Shown in pieces: positions 18,313-28,452 of a stretch of DNA of 64,000 bases; the stretch's first letter is position 1; each line of letters starts with the position of its first letter. Position numbers and translations under genes: made by a program. The stretch comes from an uncultured Clostridia bacterium (GTDB taxonomy: Bacteria > Bacillota > Clostridia > Oscillospirales > Acutalibacteraceae). Below the pieces are notes generated by a model that was not told the origin of the DNA, did no database searches, and saw only the letters and a list, made by a program, of their open reading frames with translations. The stretch is taken from the NCBI GenBank assembly GCA_945912145.1, contig CAMEBF010000008.1:12925-76924 (forward strand), given 5' to 3'.

Positions 18313-18610
18313 AAAAGATTGACGGCCGCAAGAAGCTTCATTTTTCAATTTCGGAGGGAAATCGGGAAAAGAATATGCTGCGTATGTGTTGTCATGCAGG
18401 CGGAAAGACAGAAGTGTTGATGAGTGCAATAGCTTTATACTAAGGATTTGACTCTGAATGTCCCGCCTGTAAAATAAATCAAAAAAAATCACCCGATATC
18501 GGTTGACCGGAGCCGCCATCGGTGCTATGATAGAAATATCGATTGACAAAAAGAGCGCGCAAAACGCTCGGAACGCCATTCGGAATTTCAATCGCTAAGG
18601 AGAATGAAAC

Positions 18611-18994
18611 ATGGAACAGAAATTCTACATCTGCGAGCATTGCGGAAACATTATCGCCAAGGTCAAGGACGCCGGTGTGCCGGTGATGTGCTGCGGCCAG
18701 AAAATGAAAGAGATCGTCCCCGGTACGACGGACGCCGCTGTGGAAAAGCATATGCCGGTCTGCAAGGTTGAGGGCAATCTTGTCACGGTAACGGTCGGCT
18801 CGGTGGAGCACCCGATGCAGGAGGAGCACTACATCGAATGGGTTTCGCTGCAGACGAAGCAGGGCAATCAGAGAAAGATTCTCAAGCCCGGCGACAAGCC
18901 GACGGTCAGCTTCGCGCTGTGCGACGGCGACGAAGTCGAAGCGGTTTACGCCTATTGCAATCTGCACAGCCTCTGGAAGACGGAAATGCAGTAA
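18611..18994 (+). CDS. dfx: desulfoferrodoxin (superoxide reductase)
   Basis: 127 aa. N-terminal CEHCGN..CCG desulforedoxin centre and C-terminal ..EHYIEW..CNLHSLW SOR centre. Confidence 0.9.
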   Translation: MEQKFYICEHCGNIIAKVKDAGVPVMCCGQKMKEIVPGTTDAAVEKHMPVCKVEGNLVTVTVGSVEHPMQEEHYIEWVSLQTKQGNQRKILKPGDKPTVSFALCDGDEVEAVYAYCNLHSLWKTEMQ

Positions 18995-19013
18995 CCGCAA
19001 AAAAGAACAAACA

Positions 19014-19054
19014 AAAACGGTGCGATCCCGAAATGGGAAAACACCGTTTTTTTT
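19014..19054. terminator. bidirectional terminator between convergent genes
   Basis: AAAACGGTG...CACCGTTTT stem followed by T8. Confidence 0.7.
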
Positions 19055-19063
19055 GACGACTTT

Positions 19064-19663
19064 TTATTCCGTCGACTGTTCGATTGTTCTGCCGATGGGG
19101 TGAACCGTCTCTTTCATCAGGTCGAGGAGTGTATCAAATCGGCTGTCGGACGGAATCACATAGTCCACGGTCTGCTCGCTGCCGTCCCCGGCGCGCCATG
19201 TCAGGCCGAATTGGCAGATATCGCCGCCGTCGAGCACTTCGATGTGCCTTGTCCGCCACTTGTTCCACCATTTTATGAGCTTTTCTTTTGTCGGCTCCTT
19301 CGCTTTCAGAACCGGCAGAAGAAACGTGACCGCCTGTTCGATGCTTTCCCATTGCGAACTGTCAATCGGCTGATTTTCAATCGTGATGCAGTCCGTCTCT
19401 TCGCCGGTGTAGTCCTCGATGCCTTCCCACGGGAAATAGGACGCGAAAACGATTTGCTCCGGTGTGAGTTGTATGATGATGTCTTCGCCGTACACCATAC
19501 CGCTTGCGTAGTGATAGCTGACGCCGCACAGTATCTGACCGGCTCTTTTCTCCATTTCGGTTTCCTCCGTTTCGTCTTTTGCGCAGCCCGTCAGCAGGAC
19601 GGGAACGGCGCAGAGTATAAGGCACAGGAATGCGGTGATCCGCGTTTTGTGTTGTCGTGTCAT
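19064..19663 (-). CDS. hypothetical lipoprotein
   Basis: Signal peptide with lipobox ..VPVLLTGCAKD. Confidence 0.7.
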   Translation of the reverse strand: MTRQHKTRITAFLCLILCAVPVLLTGCAKDETEETEMEKRAGQILCGVSYHYASGMVYGEDIIIQLTPEQIVFASYFPWEGIEDYTGEETDCITIENQPIDSSQWESIEQAVTFLLPVLKAKEPTKEKLIKWWNKWRTRHIEVLDGGDICQFGLTWRAGDGSEQTVDYVIPSDSRFDTLLDLMKETVHPIGRTIEQSTE

Positions 19664-19724
19664 GGCCTCTCCTCGTTTTTTCTGATATTTGATTCAGCGC
19701 AACTTCGCTGCTAATCTATTTGTT

Positions 19725-21353
19725 TTATTCTACCGTAACATTTTCGCAATCCCGTGTCTTGATGACTTCGCCGGCAAAGTGATTGTCCCGCACTCTGATG
19801 CCGTCGGTCGCCTCCGTGCTGATGGCGACGCCGCCATATTTTCTGAAGGTATTGCCGATAATCGCGATGTTCCGATGAACGGCGCCGGCGTAGCGGCTGT
19901 TTTCGGGCTTGATGAGAATGGGCGTTCCGCCGCAATAATCAAAAACGTTGTTTTGCACCGTCACGTCGCGGCACATACCGCTTTCGTACCAGCTTTTCGC
20001 GTCGTCCGACAGCAGAATCCCGCTCATGGTTGTACTGACAAAATGATTGTCGGTGATGGTGACCTTGCCCCGGGTCGTGATCAGCAGCCCTCTTGTGATG
20101 ATTCTTGTGGAGGTGTTGCCGATGAAGTCGAGAGACGGACACGCGCTGACGTCCTCGATCACGTGACCGACTTTTGCGCCGACGGTGCCCCTGACGGTGA
20201 GACAGATCTCGTATTCATTCAACAATTCGGAAGAGAGAATTTCGGCCTGCCCTTCTTCGAGCAGCGTTTCGGGATTGATGTACGCCAATGTATCGCCGAC
20301 GCGCAGGGGATTGAAGCCGTGTGACTGCGGGTGCATAAAGCGGACGGTCAGATCGTTTCCGTCCTGCTTTGTGATTTTGAAATGAATGCCGTGAACGTTC
20401 AATAGGTCGTCGCCTGCGCCGTCGAAGCGGCAGTTTCTGACCGTCATCTTGCCGCGGCACATGCAAAGCTGAATGAAGTCGGCGGCGGACGCGATCTTTC
20501 TTGCCGATCCTTCTTCCGGCGCAAAATCAAGATTCTCAGCCGTCAGGTTTTCCGTATCCTGCGCAACGAGAGCCAATGAATAATTAAACCGCTGCGCGAT
20601 GTTCTGCAGCGTCACGTTTTCACTGCGATTGACGAAAATCCCCGCGAACTGACGGCGCACATCGTAAAAATAGAAACGGTCGCCGATTTTGAAACGGGAC
20701 GTGTTCGGATAACGGACGCGGATTCTGCCGTTCCCGAGGTCTTCCATGCCGAGAGAGGCAAACAGCGGATGCTGAACGCGCTGAATTTTATCCGGCGTTT
20801 TCTCGCGGATCAGACCGATCCAGCCTGCGGTGCGCGCTCCCTTGTCGATGCCGTAGCGGTAGTCTTTGCCGTAAAAATAGCCCTTGCCGCCGTCAAACTC
20901 ATAAAGAGTATCGCGGTCAAACGCAAAATCCACGCTGAAAAGACGCTTGCCGACAACCCGGAACTCATGCATATCGGGGTGTTTATGACGGATTTCCAGA
21001 TTTTTCAGCGTAATATTTTTGCAGTTTTCGAGTGCGATATTCGTGACCTTGCCGTCAATGAGGAACAGAGAACCGCCGCCGTCAAAGGTCAGATCGTTCA
21101 GACCGTTCATATAAAGCGGAACACGGGAACGGTGCGGCGTTTCGCCGTCCGAAAACTCGTCGTCGCCGACGGTGTTGGTGATGGTGAGCATCGGCTCTTC
21201 GCACTTTGCGCTGTCGATAAAATAGGTTCCCTTTTCCAGAATGACGGTCTTTTCGCCGTCGATGGTCTTGAGATGAGCCATCAGCGCGGTCAGCTCTTTG
21301 GTGACGTCGCGGTCGGGGAGAATCCCGAAGTCCGCAGCGTAAATAGGTGTCAT
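19725..21353 (-). CDS. right-handed beta-helix (pectate-lyase-fold) protein, probably an intracellular glycoside hydrolase
   Basis: PbH1-like repeats (..ITDNHF..VQNNVF..IIGNTF). The start is set at MTPIYAADFG (GGAGG RBS), because the tracked N-terminal extension overlaps uxaA. Confidence 0.7.
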   Translation of the reverse strand: MTPIYAADFGILPDRDVTKELTALMAHLKTIDGEKTVILEKGTYFIDSAKCEEPMLTITNTVGDDEFSDGETPHRSRVPLYMNGLNDLTFDGGGSLFLIDGKVTNIALENCKNITLKNLEIRHKHPDMHEFRVVGKRLFSVDFAFDRDTLYEFDGGKGYFYGKDYRYGIDKGARTAGWIGLIREKTPDKIQRVQHPLFASLGMEDLGNGRIRVRYPNTSRFKIGDRFYFYDVRRQFAGIFVNRSENVTLQNIAQRFNYSLALVAQDTENLTAENLDFAPEEGSARKIASAADFIQLCMCRGKMTVRNCRFDGAGDDLLNVHGIHFKITKQDGNDLTVRFMHPQSHGFNPLRVGDTLAYINPETLLEEGQAEILSSELLNEYEICLTVRGTVGAKVGHVIEDVSACPSLDFIGNTSTRIITRGLLITTRGKVTITDNHFVSTTMSGILLSDDAKSWYESGMCRDVTVQNNVFDYCGGTPILIKPENSRYAGAVHRNIAIIGNTFRKYGGVAISTEATDGIRVRDNHFAGEVIKTRDCENVTVE

Positions 21354-21393
21354 GTCCGGTCCTCCGATTTGTTTTTTATCTTCTTGCAGCTCG

Positions 21394-22755
21394 TCATAAG
21401 GTGACGCCGTCCTTGAAGATCGCAATCTCGCGGAAGCCGTTTCGTTCGTTCTTCGTCTCTTTGCCGTTCGCCGTCGCGATGAGAAGATCGAATAGCTCGT
21501 CATCGCTTTGTGATTGCGCGTCAAAGTCGATCCAGTTTTGTTTTCGTTCGGCAAGCGGTGTGTTGGTCGCGATTTTGACGGTCGGAACCGGCGCGCCGAG
21601 GGGAGTGCCGCGACCCGTTGTAAAGAGAATGAGCTGACAGCCCGACGCCGCCAAATTCGTCACGGCGACCATGTCATTGCCCGGTCCGTTCAGAAGATGC
21701 AGTCCTGATTTTTGCGCGGGATCGCCGTAATCGAGCACCGCCGTCACGATCGCCTTGCCGCCTTTCTGCACGCAGCCAAGCGACTTTTCCTCAAGCGTCG
21801 TGATGCCGCCCTTTTTGTTGCCCGGCGACGGATTTTCGCTGATGGGCTGATGATGGGACAGAAAATAATTTTTATAATGGTTGATGAGATCGACCGCTTT
21901 TGCAAATACCGTTTCATTGATACAGCGATTGAATAAAATCGGCTCCGCGCCGAACATCTCAGGGACTTCCGTCAGAACGGCAGAGCCGCCCATCGCGACG
22001 AGCCTGTCCGTGATCCTGCCACACATCGGATTCGCCGTGATGCCCGAAAGTCCGTCGCTGCCGCCGCATTTCAGTCCGATTGTAAGCTTGGAAATCGGCA
22101 CCGGCGTGCGTTCGTCTTTTTCGGCAAGCGAACGCAACTCCGTAATGATTTTCTCACCGTCAGCGATCTCGTCGCCGCAGTCCTGACTATTCAAAAAACG
22201 GATTCTCTCTTCGTCGTAATCGCCGAGAACCTTTTTCATTTCGGCAATACCGTTGTTTTCACAGCCCAGACCGAGCACGAGCACGCCGCCTGCGTTCGGG
22301 TGACGGATCAGCCCGCAGAGCGTTTTCTGCGTGACGGACAGATCGTCTCCCAACTGACTGCAACCGTAAGGATGAGAAAAACAAAGCGCGCCGGTTCTTT
22401 CGGCAAGAGACTTGGCAACGCCGTTTATACAGCCGACGGTCGGAATGATCCAGATGTCGTTCCGGATGCCGATTTTGCCGTTTTTGCGGACGAAAGCGTT
22501 TATCATGACCGGTTCAATCGGCACGGGGTGTGCAAAATCAGGTTCGTATTCGTAATCCAATACACCCGAAAGTGAGGTTTTCAGGTTGTCGGTATGCACT
22601 CTTTCGCCGGTTTTGATATCCGCCGAAGCGACGCCGATCGGAAAACCGTATTTGATGATTTTTTCGCCCTTGCGGATATCTTTCACAGCGTATTTGTGGC
22701 CGTCTTGCAGACAGACTCTCACATTGTCGTCGGGATTTATCAGGACATACTCCAT
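21394..22755 (-). CDS. uxaA: altronate dehydratase
   Basis: 453 aa. SAF-like N-terminus (VKDIRKGEKIIKYG) and a UxaA-family body. Confidence 0.85.
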   Translation of the reverse strand: MEYVLINPDDNVRVCLQDGHKYAVKDIRKGEKIIKYGFPIGVASADIKTGERVHTDNLKTSLSGVLDYEYEPDFAHPVPIEPVMINAFVRKNGKIGIRNDIWIIPTVGCINGVAKSLAERTGALCFSHPYGCSQLGDDLSVTQKTLCGLIRHPNAGGVLVLGLGCENNGIAEMKKVLGDYDEERIRFLNSQDCGDEIADGEKIITELRSLAEKDERTPVPISKLTIGLKCGGSDGLSGITANPMCGRITDRLVAMGGSAVLTEVPEMFGAEPILFNRCINETVFAKAVDLINHYKNYFLSHHQPISENPSPGNKKGGITTLEEKSLGCVQKGGKAIVTAVLDYGDPAQKSGLHLLNGPGNDMVAVTNLAASGCQLILFTTGRGTPLGAPVPTVKIATNTPLAERKQNWIDFDAQSQSDDELFDLLIATANGKETKNERNGFREIAIFKDGVTL

Positions 22756-24065
22756 TGAATTGCCTCCCGTATGCCGTTTTGATGAAGCTTTTCAAGGCTT
22801 TCCCTGACGAGGTCGGTCATATCGCGTAAATCCGCGCCCCATAAATCGGCATTGCTTAAAATTTCGCCGATGTCATGAGCCTTGATATAATCCACCGCCG
22901 CCTTGCTGTCGTTCGTCTCGTTTTCTTGGTAATAGGAAATCAGGCACGCAAGGGAAAACACAAGAGGCTTCGGCAAAGCGTTGTTTTTCTCCCGATAATC
23001 CGTAATCGTCGGCAGCACTCTCGCCGTAAACTTGCTGACGGAATTTAAGGAAATCGACTGCCATAAATGCCGGATGGTCGGATTGGCAAAACGCTCCAAT
23101 ACCGCCGAAGAGAATTGCCTGTTTTCTTCTGTTTCGCCGAGTGTGGGCAAAATATAGTCAAAAAGACAGGTATGAAGAAAGGCGTTTAACAGCTCGTCGC
23201 CCAGACTTTCGCCGACCGTTTCCACGCCGCACAGCAGCGACGGGAACACAAGGGAGGTATGCGAGCCGTTGAGAATGCGGACTTTCATCTTTTTGTAAGG
23301 AGCAACATCGTCCGTCCAGATGACATTGAAGCCGCCTTTTTGCAAGGGCAGTTCGTTTTCAAAATTCCCTTCAATGACCCAGAGATGATACGGTTCGGCG
23401 GTGTCGAGCAGCTCGTCACGACGGCCGATTTCGTCAAAAATCTGCTCCGCTTCATCTTTCGGGAATCCCGTCACAATGCGGTCTACCAGCGTATTGCAGA
23501 ATGTGTTTTCGCTTTCAAGCCAACGGATGAAATCCTTACCCAGTTCCCATGCTTCAGCGTATTGTAAAACGCATTTTTTTAGTTCTTCGCCGTTGTTGTC
23601 GATGAGCTCGCAGGCGAAAATCACAAAGCCGCCGCGTTTATTTTTGTATCGTTCATAGAGAAGCTGCGTCAGCTTGCCGGGAAAAGACAACGCCGGTCTG
23701 TCCCCGAAACGGCAGGTGTCGTCATACCGGATTCCCGCTTCGGTGGTGTTGGATATGATGAATCGCAGGTCGGGATTTTCCGCAAGCGACAGAAATGCGT
23801 CAAAATCGCGGTAGGGGTTGATGGCCCGGGAAACGGCGTTGATTTCCGTCCGCTCACAGACCTCTTTTCCGTTGTCAATCCCTCTTAAAATGAGATGGTA
23901 TTTTCCGTTCTGCGCGTTGATTTTTGTGACCGCCCCGGAATCCGTCGGCGAGACGATCACGATTTTGCCGTCGTAAAGATCTTGCTTGTTCAGCGAATCG
24001 ATAAACGAATCCGCAAAGCCCCTTAAAAAGTTTCCCGTTCCGAATTGCAGTATGGTTTCTTTCAT
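22740..24065 (-). CDS. uxaB: altronate oxidoreductase (tagaturonate reductase), mannitol dehydrogenase family
   Basis: 441 aa with an ILQFGTGNFLRGF N-terminus. It overlaps uxaA by 16 nt. Confidence 0.8.
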   Translation of the reverse strand: MKETILQFGTGNFLRGFADSFIDSLNKQDLYDGKIVIVSPTDSGAVTKINAQNGKYHLILRGIDNGKEVCERTEINAVSRAINPYRDFDAFLSLAENPDLRFIISNTTEAGIRYDDTCRFGDRPALSFPGKLTQLLYERYKNKRGGFVIFACELIDNNGEELKKCVLQYAEAWELGKDFIRWLESENTFCNTLVDRIVTGFPKDEAEQIFDEIGRRDELLDTAEPYHLWVIEGNFENELPLQKGGFNVIWTDDVAPYKKMKVRILNGSHTSLVFPSLLCGVETVGESLGDELLNAFLHTCLFDYILPTLGETEENRQFSSAVLERFANPTIRHLWQSISLNSVSKFTARVLPTITDYREKNNALPKPLVFSLACLISYYQENETNDSKAAVDYIKAHDIGEILSNADLWGADLRDMTDLVRESLEKLHQNGIREAIQWSMS

Positions 24066-24155
24066 GGTTGACTCCTCATATGTGAAAAATATCCTGTTGC
24101 TCTACAGGAATAGTATAATCCGCGCTGCCGTCTTTTGCAAGCGCAAAGCAGAGAA

Positions 24156-24184
24156 TTGACATTCTGTCAGATTGATTCTATAAT
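24156..24184 (+). promoter_or_regulatory. consensus promoter
   Basis: TTGACA, 17 nt, TATAAT. Confidence 0.6.
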
Positions 24185-24257
24185 AAATCCCGGGAAAAAG
24201 ATTCAGAAATACAATCGGATTCTTTAGAAATCCTATCAGAATATCGGGAGGACAAAA

Positions 24258-24488
24258 ATGAATACCCTGTCGCTGCATTTTGCGAAAACAATCGAGAACT
24301 GGGACGAGGCGCTGCTGCTCGGCAACGGCAAACTGGAAAACGGCAGCATCTCGCATCTGAAATGCGAAGCGACCGCCGACTGTGATTTTACCATCGAAAA
24401 CGACCTGTCCCATCTACAGCCGAACAGACCTCTTCCGGATAAAAATACCATTCATCTGAACAAGGGCGAGATTTTGAGCTTCTCATAA
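24258..24488 (+). pseudogene. internally deleted remnant of a GH95/GH65N-type glycosidase gene
   Basis: 76 aa. The N-terminus ..AKTIENWDEALLLGNGKL looks like the start of such enzymes, and the end ..IHLNKGEILSF looks like their C-terminus. The roughly 700 aa in between are missing. Confidence 0.4.
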
Positions 24489-24551
24489 AAACAGCACCCT
24501 GTCCTCTTCGGGCAGGGTTGTATTTCTCATCGACTTCCGCTTCTTTCCGGT

Positions 24552-24580
24552 TTGACATTCGCCGGAAATTGTGTTACAAT
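24552..24580 (+). promoter_or_regulatory. consensus promoter with extended -10
   Basis: TTGACA, 17 nt (ending in TGT), TACAAT. Confidence 0.65.
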
Positions 24581-24682
24581 AAATCCATTTCGGCAATACT
24601 TATTATAGTTGTATGACGATGACTGAGATGTGTCGAACATTCGTAGTGTTGCAGAAGATACAGCAAAAAGGAGCTTGCAGAT

Positions 24683-25615
24683 ATGACAGATCGCGAAAAA
24701 GCATTTGAAACAGTGGGGATCGAGCCGCTAAGCGGCAAGCTGACGGCGGATCAGATCGCTAAGGTGAAGGCACTCGGCTGCCTGAAAGACAAACGCTATG
24801 ACAATATTTTTAACGTCAGGGTCATTACCCGCAACGGAAAAATCACAACGGTACAGCAGCGTGCCATCGCCGAAGCCGCCGATCGGTTCGGTACGGGAGA
24901 AGTGGCGATGACTGTCCGTCTGACGATCGAGATCCAAGGCGTGCCGTATGAGAATATCCCGGAGCTGATCCTCTTCCTTGGGGAGAAAGGTCTTACGACC
25001 GGCGGAACCGGCGCTCGGGTTCGTCCCGTCACCTCCTGTAAGGGCACGACCTGTCAGTTCGGTCTGATCGACACCTATTCGCTCAGCGAAAAGATTCACG
25101 ACTTGTTTTTCGTCGGCTATCATGACGCCGTTTTGCCGCATAAATTCAAAATCGCGGTCGGCGGCTGTCCGAATAACTGTGTGAAGCCCGATCTGAACGA
25201 CATCGGTGTTGTCGGTCAGCGGATTTTCACCCCGAACAGGGACAAGTGCCGCGGCTGTAAAAAGTGCGTTGTAGAGCTCAACTGCCCGATGAAAGCGGCA
25301 AAGCTCAGCGACGGCAAAATCGGTATTGACCCCGACGTCTGCAACAAGTGCGGACGCTGCTACCGCAAATGTCCGTTCGGTGCGTTTGAAAACGTCGAAG
25401 CGGGTTATAAAGTCTACATCGGCGGCCGCTGGGGCAAAAAAATGGCGATGGGCACGCCGCTCGGAAAAATCTTTGACAGCGAAGACAAGGTGCTTGCCGT
25501 AATCGAAAAAGCCATCTGTCTGTTCCGTGACGAAGGCGTCAAAGGCGAACGGTTCGCGGATACGGTGGAAAGACTGGGGTTTGATTATGTGGAAAAGAAA
25601 CTTATCGGTGACTAA
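24683..25615 (+). CDS. nitrite/sulfite-reductase-like Fe-S protein with a 2x[4Fe-4S] ferredoxin insert (AsrC/Dsr-like)
   Basis: 310 aa. ..TSCKGTTCQFG.., GGCPNNC, CRGCKKCVVELNCP and CNKCGRCYRKCP clusters. Confidence 0.6.
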   Translation: MTDREKAFETVGIEPLSGKLTADQIAKVKALGCLKDKRYDNIFNVRVITRNGKITTVQQRAIAEAADRFGTGEVAMTVRLTIEIQGVPYENIPELILFLGEKGLTTGGTGARVRPVTSCKGTTCQFGLIDTYSLSEKIHDLFFVGYHDAVLPHKFKIAVGGCPNNCVKPDLNDIGVVGQRIFTPNRDKCRGCKKCVVELNCPMKAAKLSDGKIGIDPDVCNKCGRCYRKCPFGAFENVEAGYKVYIGGRWGKKMAMGTPLGKIFDSEDKVLAVIEKAICLFRDEGVKGERFADTVERLGFDYVEKKLIGD

Positions 25616-26576
25616 GCGTTTTTGTATTGTGTTGGCAGCGGTGTTGTGTCTGTCGGTTCTGGGCGGCTGCGCCAAAGAAGTCAATGAATCGCAGGAGACA
25701 AGCCATTTGTTGCAGGAAGAGACCGGCGTGACGTTTACCGATGCGCTGGATAGAGACGTGACCGTCCCGAAGAATCCTGAACGCGTGGCGGCGCTCATCG
25801 GCAGCTTCGCCGATGTGTGGCTGCTTGCCGGCGGAACGGTCTGCGCAGCTCCCGAGGACGCGTGGGACGATCTCGCTTCGGAGTTGACTGACGCCGTGAG
25901 CCTCGGCGGTGCGCATTCGCCGAGCATGGAAACGCTGCTTGCGACCGATCCCGATTTCGTGCTCGCCAGTGCGGCTACGGCGGCCGATGTGGAAATGAAA
26001 GACGCGCTTGAAGCTGCCGGGATTCCCGTCGCGTATTTTGATGTGGACGACTTCGATGATTATCTCGCGATGCTCAGAATCTGCACCGATATTACGGGAC
26101 GCGACGATCTCTATGAGAAGAACGGAACGGCGGTGAAGGCGCAAATCGAAACAGTCAAAAAAGAATTTGCCGGCGCGAATCTTCCCGAAAGTGAGCGCAC
26201 GGTGCTGCTTATCCGGACGTCGTCAAGCTCCGTCAAGGCCAAGGGCAGCAGCGGAACGGTGCTCGGCGAAATGCTCCGGGATCTCGGCTGCATCAATATC
26301 GCCGACAGCGATGAGACGCTGCTCGAAAATCTGAGCGTCGAAAGCGTGATCCGTCAGGAGCCCTACCGCATTTTTGTCGTCACGATGGGCGACGATACCG
26401 ATAAGGCGATGGAAAATCTCAACCGCATGATGGACGAAAATCCGGCGTGGGGCGAGCTCCTTGCGGTGAAAGAAAACAGATTCCATGTGATGGACAAGAA
26501 ACTGTTCAACAACAAACCGAATGCAAAGTGGGCCGAGGCTTATGAGCAACTCTGCAATATCTTACTCGAAAAATAG
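25587..26576 (+). CDS. ABC transporter substrate-binding lipoprotein (BtuF/FhuD type)
   Basis: MWKRNLSVTKRFCIVLAAVLCLSVLGGC lipobox. The start overlaps the upstream gene by 29 nt. Confidence 0.8.
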   Translation: MWKRNLSVTKRFCIVLAAVLCLSVLGGCAKEVNESQETSHLLQEETGVTFTDALDRDVTVPKNPERVAALIGSFADVWLLAGGTVCAAPEDAWDDLASELTDAVSLGGAHSPSMETLLATDPDFVLASAATAADVEMKDALEAAGIPVAYFDVDDFDDYLAMLRICTDITGRDDLYEKNGTAVKAQIETVKKEFAGANLPESERTVLLIRTSSSSVKAKGSSGTVLGEMLRDLGCINIADSDETLLENLSVESVIRQEPYRIFVVTMGDDTDKAMENLNRMMDENPAWGELLAVKENRFHVMDKKLFNNKPNAKWAEAYEQLCNILLEK

Positions 26577-27561
26577 AATCAGAACGCTGTATCTGGCAGG
26601 CGCGCTCTTTCTGTGCCTGTCTGCCGCAGCCGGCATCCTGCTCGGCAGCAGCGTTTTAACGGTCGCGGAGATCCGGCAGGCCTTTGCCGAGGGCTTTTCG
26701 TCCTCGGCGGGAGCTCGGGTCTTCGCTTTTGTCCGTTTGCCGAGAACGGCGGCGTCTCTTGTATGCGGCGCCGCTCTGGCTGTTTCGGGCGCCGTCATTC
26801 AGGGCGTGCTTGCCAATCCTCTGGCATCGCCGAGTATCATCGGTGTCAACGCCGGCGCGGGACTGGCCGTTACGCTTTGCACGGCTCTCGGTATTTACGG
26901 CGGCTGGCGGCTGTCGCTGGCTTCCTTTTTCGGCGCATTTGCGGCGGTGATGCTCGTCAGTCTCGGCGCGCGGAAATGGGGAGCATCCCGTGGAACGGTC
27001 ATTCTCATCGGCGTGGCGATGAACAGCCTGCTCGGCGCAGTTTCGGATACGATCGTCACCTTTGTCCCCGATGTTGGCGTGATGAGCAACGATTTCAAGG
27101 TCGGCGAATTTTCCGCCGTCACATATCCGAAGCTGATCCCGGCCGTGATCCTGATCGCCGTGACGCTTCTTTTTCTGCTGACGCTGCATCATGAATTGGA
27201 TGTGCTGACATTGGGCGAAGAGAACGCCGGAGGGCTCGGCATGAATACAAACTTGATGCGCGCCGTGTTTTTGATGCTCGCCGCGCTGTTAGCAGGCTGT
27301 GCCGTGAGCCTTGCGGGACTTTTATCCTTCGTCGGGCTGATCGTCCCCCATGCGGTACGGCGTCTGGCGGGAAGTCAGTCGGTTCATCTGTTGGGGCTTT
27401 GCGCGCTGTACGGAGCGGCGTTCGTTTGTCTTTGCGATACCGTCGCCCGGACGGCGTTTTCTCCGTATGAGATTCCCGTCGGCATCATCATGGCGCTTCT
27501 CGGCGCTCCGTTCTTTGTGTTTATTCTCGTGAAGGGGAAAGGGGGACACAGCCGTGATTGA
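26542..27561 (+). CDS. FecCD-family ABC permease
   Basis: Polytopic, with a typical FecCD glycine-rich tail ..PVGIIMALLGAPFFVFIL. The start choice is uncertain (26521 or 26542). Confidence 0.8.
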   Translation: MSNSAISYSKNRIRTLYLAGALFLCLSAAAGILLGSSVLTVAEIRQAFAEGFSSSAGARVFAFVRLPRTAASLVCGAALAVSGAVIQGVLANPLASPSIIGVNAGAGLAVTLCTALGIYGGWRLSLASFFGAFAAVMLVSLGARKWGASRGTVILIGVAMNSLLGAVSDTIVTFVPDVGVMSNDFKVGEFSAVTYPKLIPAVILIAVTLLFLLTLHHELDVLTLGEENAGGLGMNTNLMRAVFLMLAALLAGCAVSLAGLLSFVGLIVPHAVRRLAGSQSVHLLGLCALYGAAFVCLCDTVARTAFSPYEIPVGIIMALLGAPFFVFILVKGKGGHSRD

Positions 27562-28309
27562 GCTATGCTCGGTTGCCGCCGGTTATCGTCAGGAAACCGT
27601 GCTGCGCGATATTTCTCTTGCGATTCCGAAGGGAAAGCTGCTGACCGTCGTCGGCGCCAACGGCTCCGGCAAGAGCACGCTTTTGAAAACGATTGTCGGC
27701 ATCGTGCCGCTGTCGTCGGGGACTGTCACGGTGGACGGAACCGACAGGAACGATCTGTCGCGTCAGGATACGGCAAAGAGAATCTCCTATCTGGCGCAGG
27801 GCAAGAGCGTGCCGGATATGACGGTACGGCAGATGGTGCTGCATGGCAGGTTTCCGCATCTGCGCTATCCCCGACGCTACAGCGCAAAAGACCGCGAAAT
27901 TGCAAAAGCCGCGCTGTGCCGGATGGGCATTGCCGACCTCGCCGACCGATCTCTGCCGTCGCTTTCCGGCGGTATGCGGCAAAAGGCATATATCGCCATG
28001 GCGCTTGCGCAGGACACCGACTATCTGCTGCTCGACGAGCCTACGACATACCTCGATATCGCGGGACAATTAGAGCTGATGAAAACCCTGCGGACGCTGG
28101 CCGATTCCGGAAAAGGCGTCGTGACCGTTCTGCACGATCTGCCGCTGGCGTTCCGCTTTTCGGACAGCATCGCCGTTCTGAGGAACGGGGAAATTGCCGT
28201 CTGTGATACGCCGGAAAGTGTCAGCCGGAGCGGCATTATTGAAACGGTGTTCGGCGTCGGCTTACGGTATGACGAAGAGGAAAATGCCTATTCTTACCGG
28301 TATCTGTGA
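27554..28309 (+). CDS. ABC transporter ATP-binding protein
   Basis: Walker A GANGSGKST, signature LSGGMRQ, Walker B LLLDEP. GTG start overlaps the permease end. Confidence 0.9.
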   Translation: MIELCSVAAGYRQETVLRDISLAIPKGKLLTVVGANGSGKSTLLKTIVGIVPLSSGTVTVDGTDRNDLSRQDTAKRISYLAQGKSVPDMTVRQMVLHGRFPHLRYPRRYSAKDREIAKAALCRMGIADLADRSLPSLSGGMRQKAYIAMALAQDTDYLLLDEPTTYLDIAGQLELMKTLRTLADSGKGVVTVLHDLPLAFRFSDSIAVLRNGEIAVCDTPESVSRSGIIETVFGVGLRYDEEENAYSYRYL

Positions 28310-28452
28310 ACAGAGCAAAACCATGCGGCGTATGCCGCATATTTTTTTGTCATTTTATCTGCAAACAGGTATTTACTTTTTAGAAAAAACAAGATATAAT
28401 GAGAACAAAATTGGTTCTTTTTCACAAAAATCGTCATCGGGAGGAATCGGAC

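Noticed and set aside
24581-24682. A cobalamin (or other) riboswitch ahead of the Fe-S protein / BtuF-type transporter operon.
   Set aside because: The leader is only about 100 nt and lacks a B12-box (..GCCACTG-like) or an obvious multi-stem aptamer.
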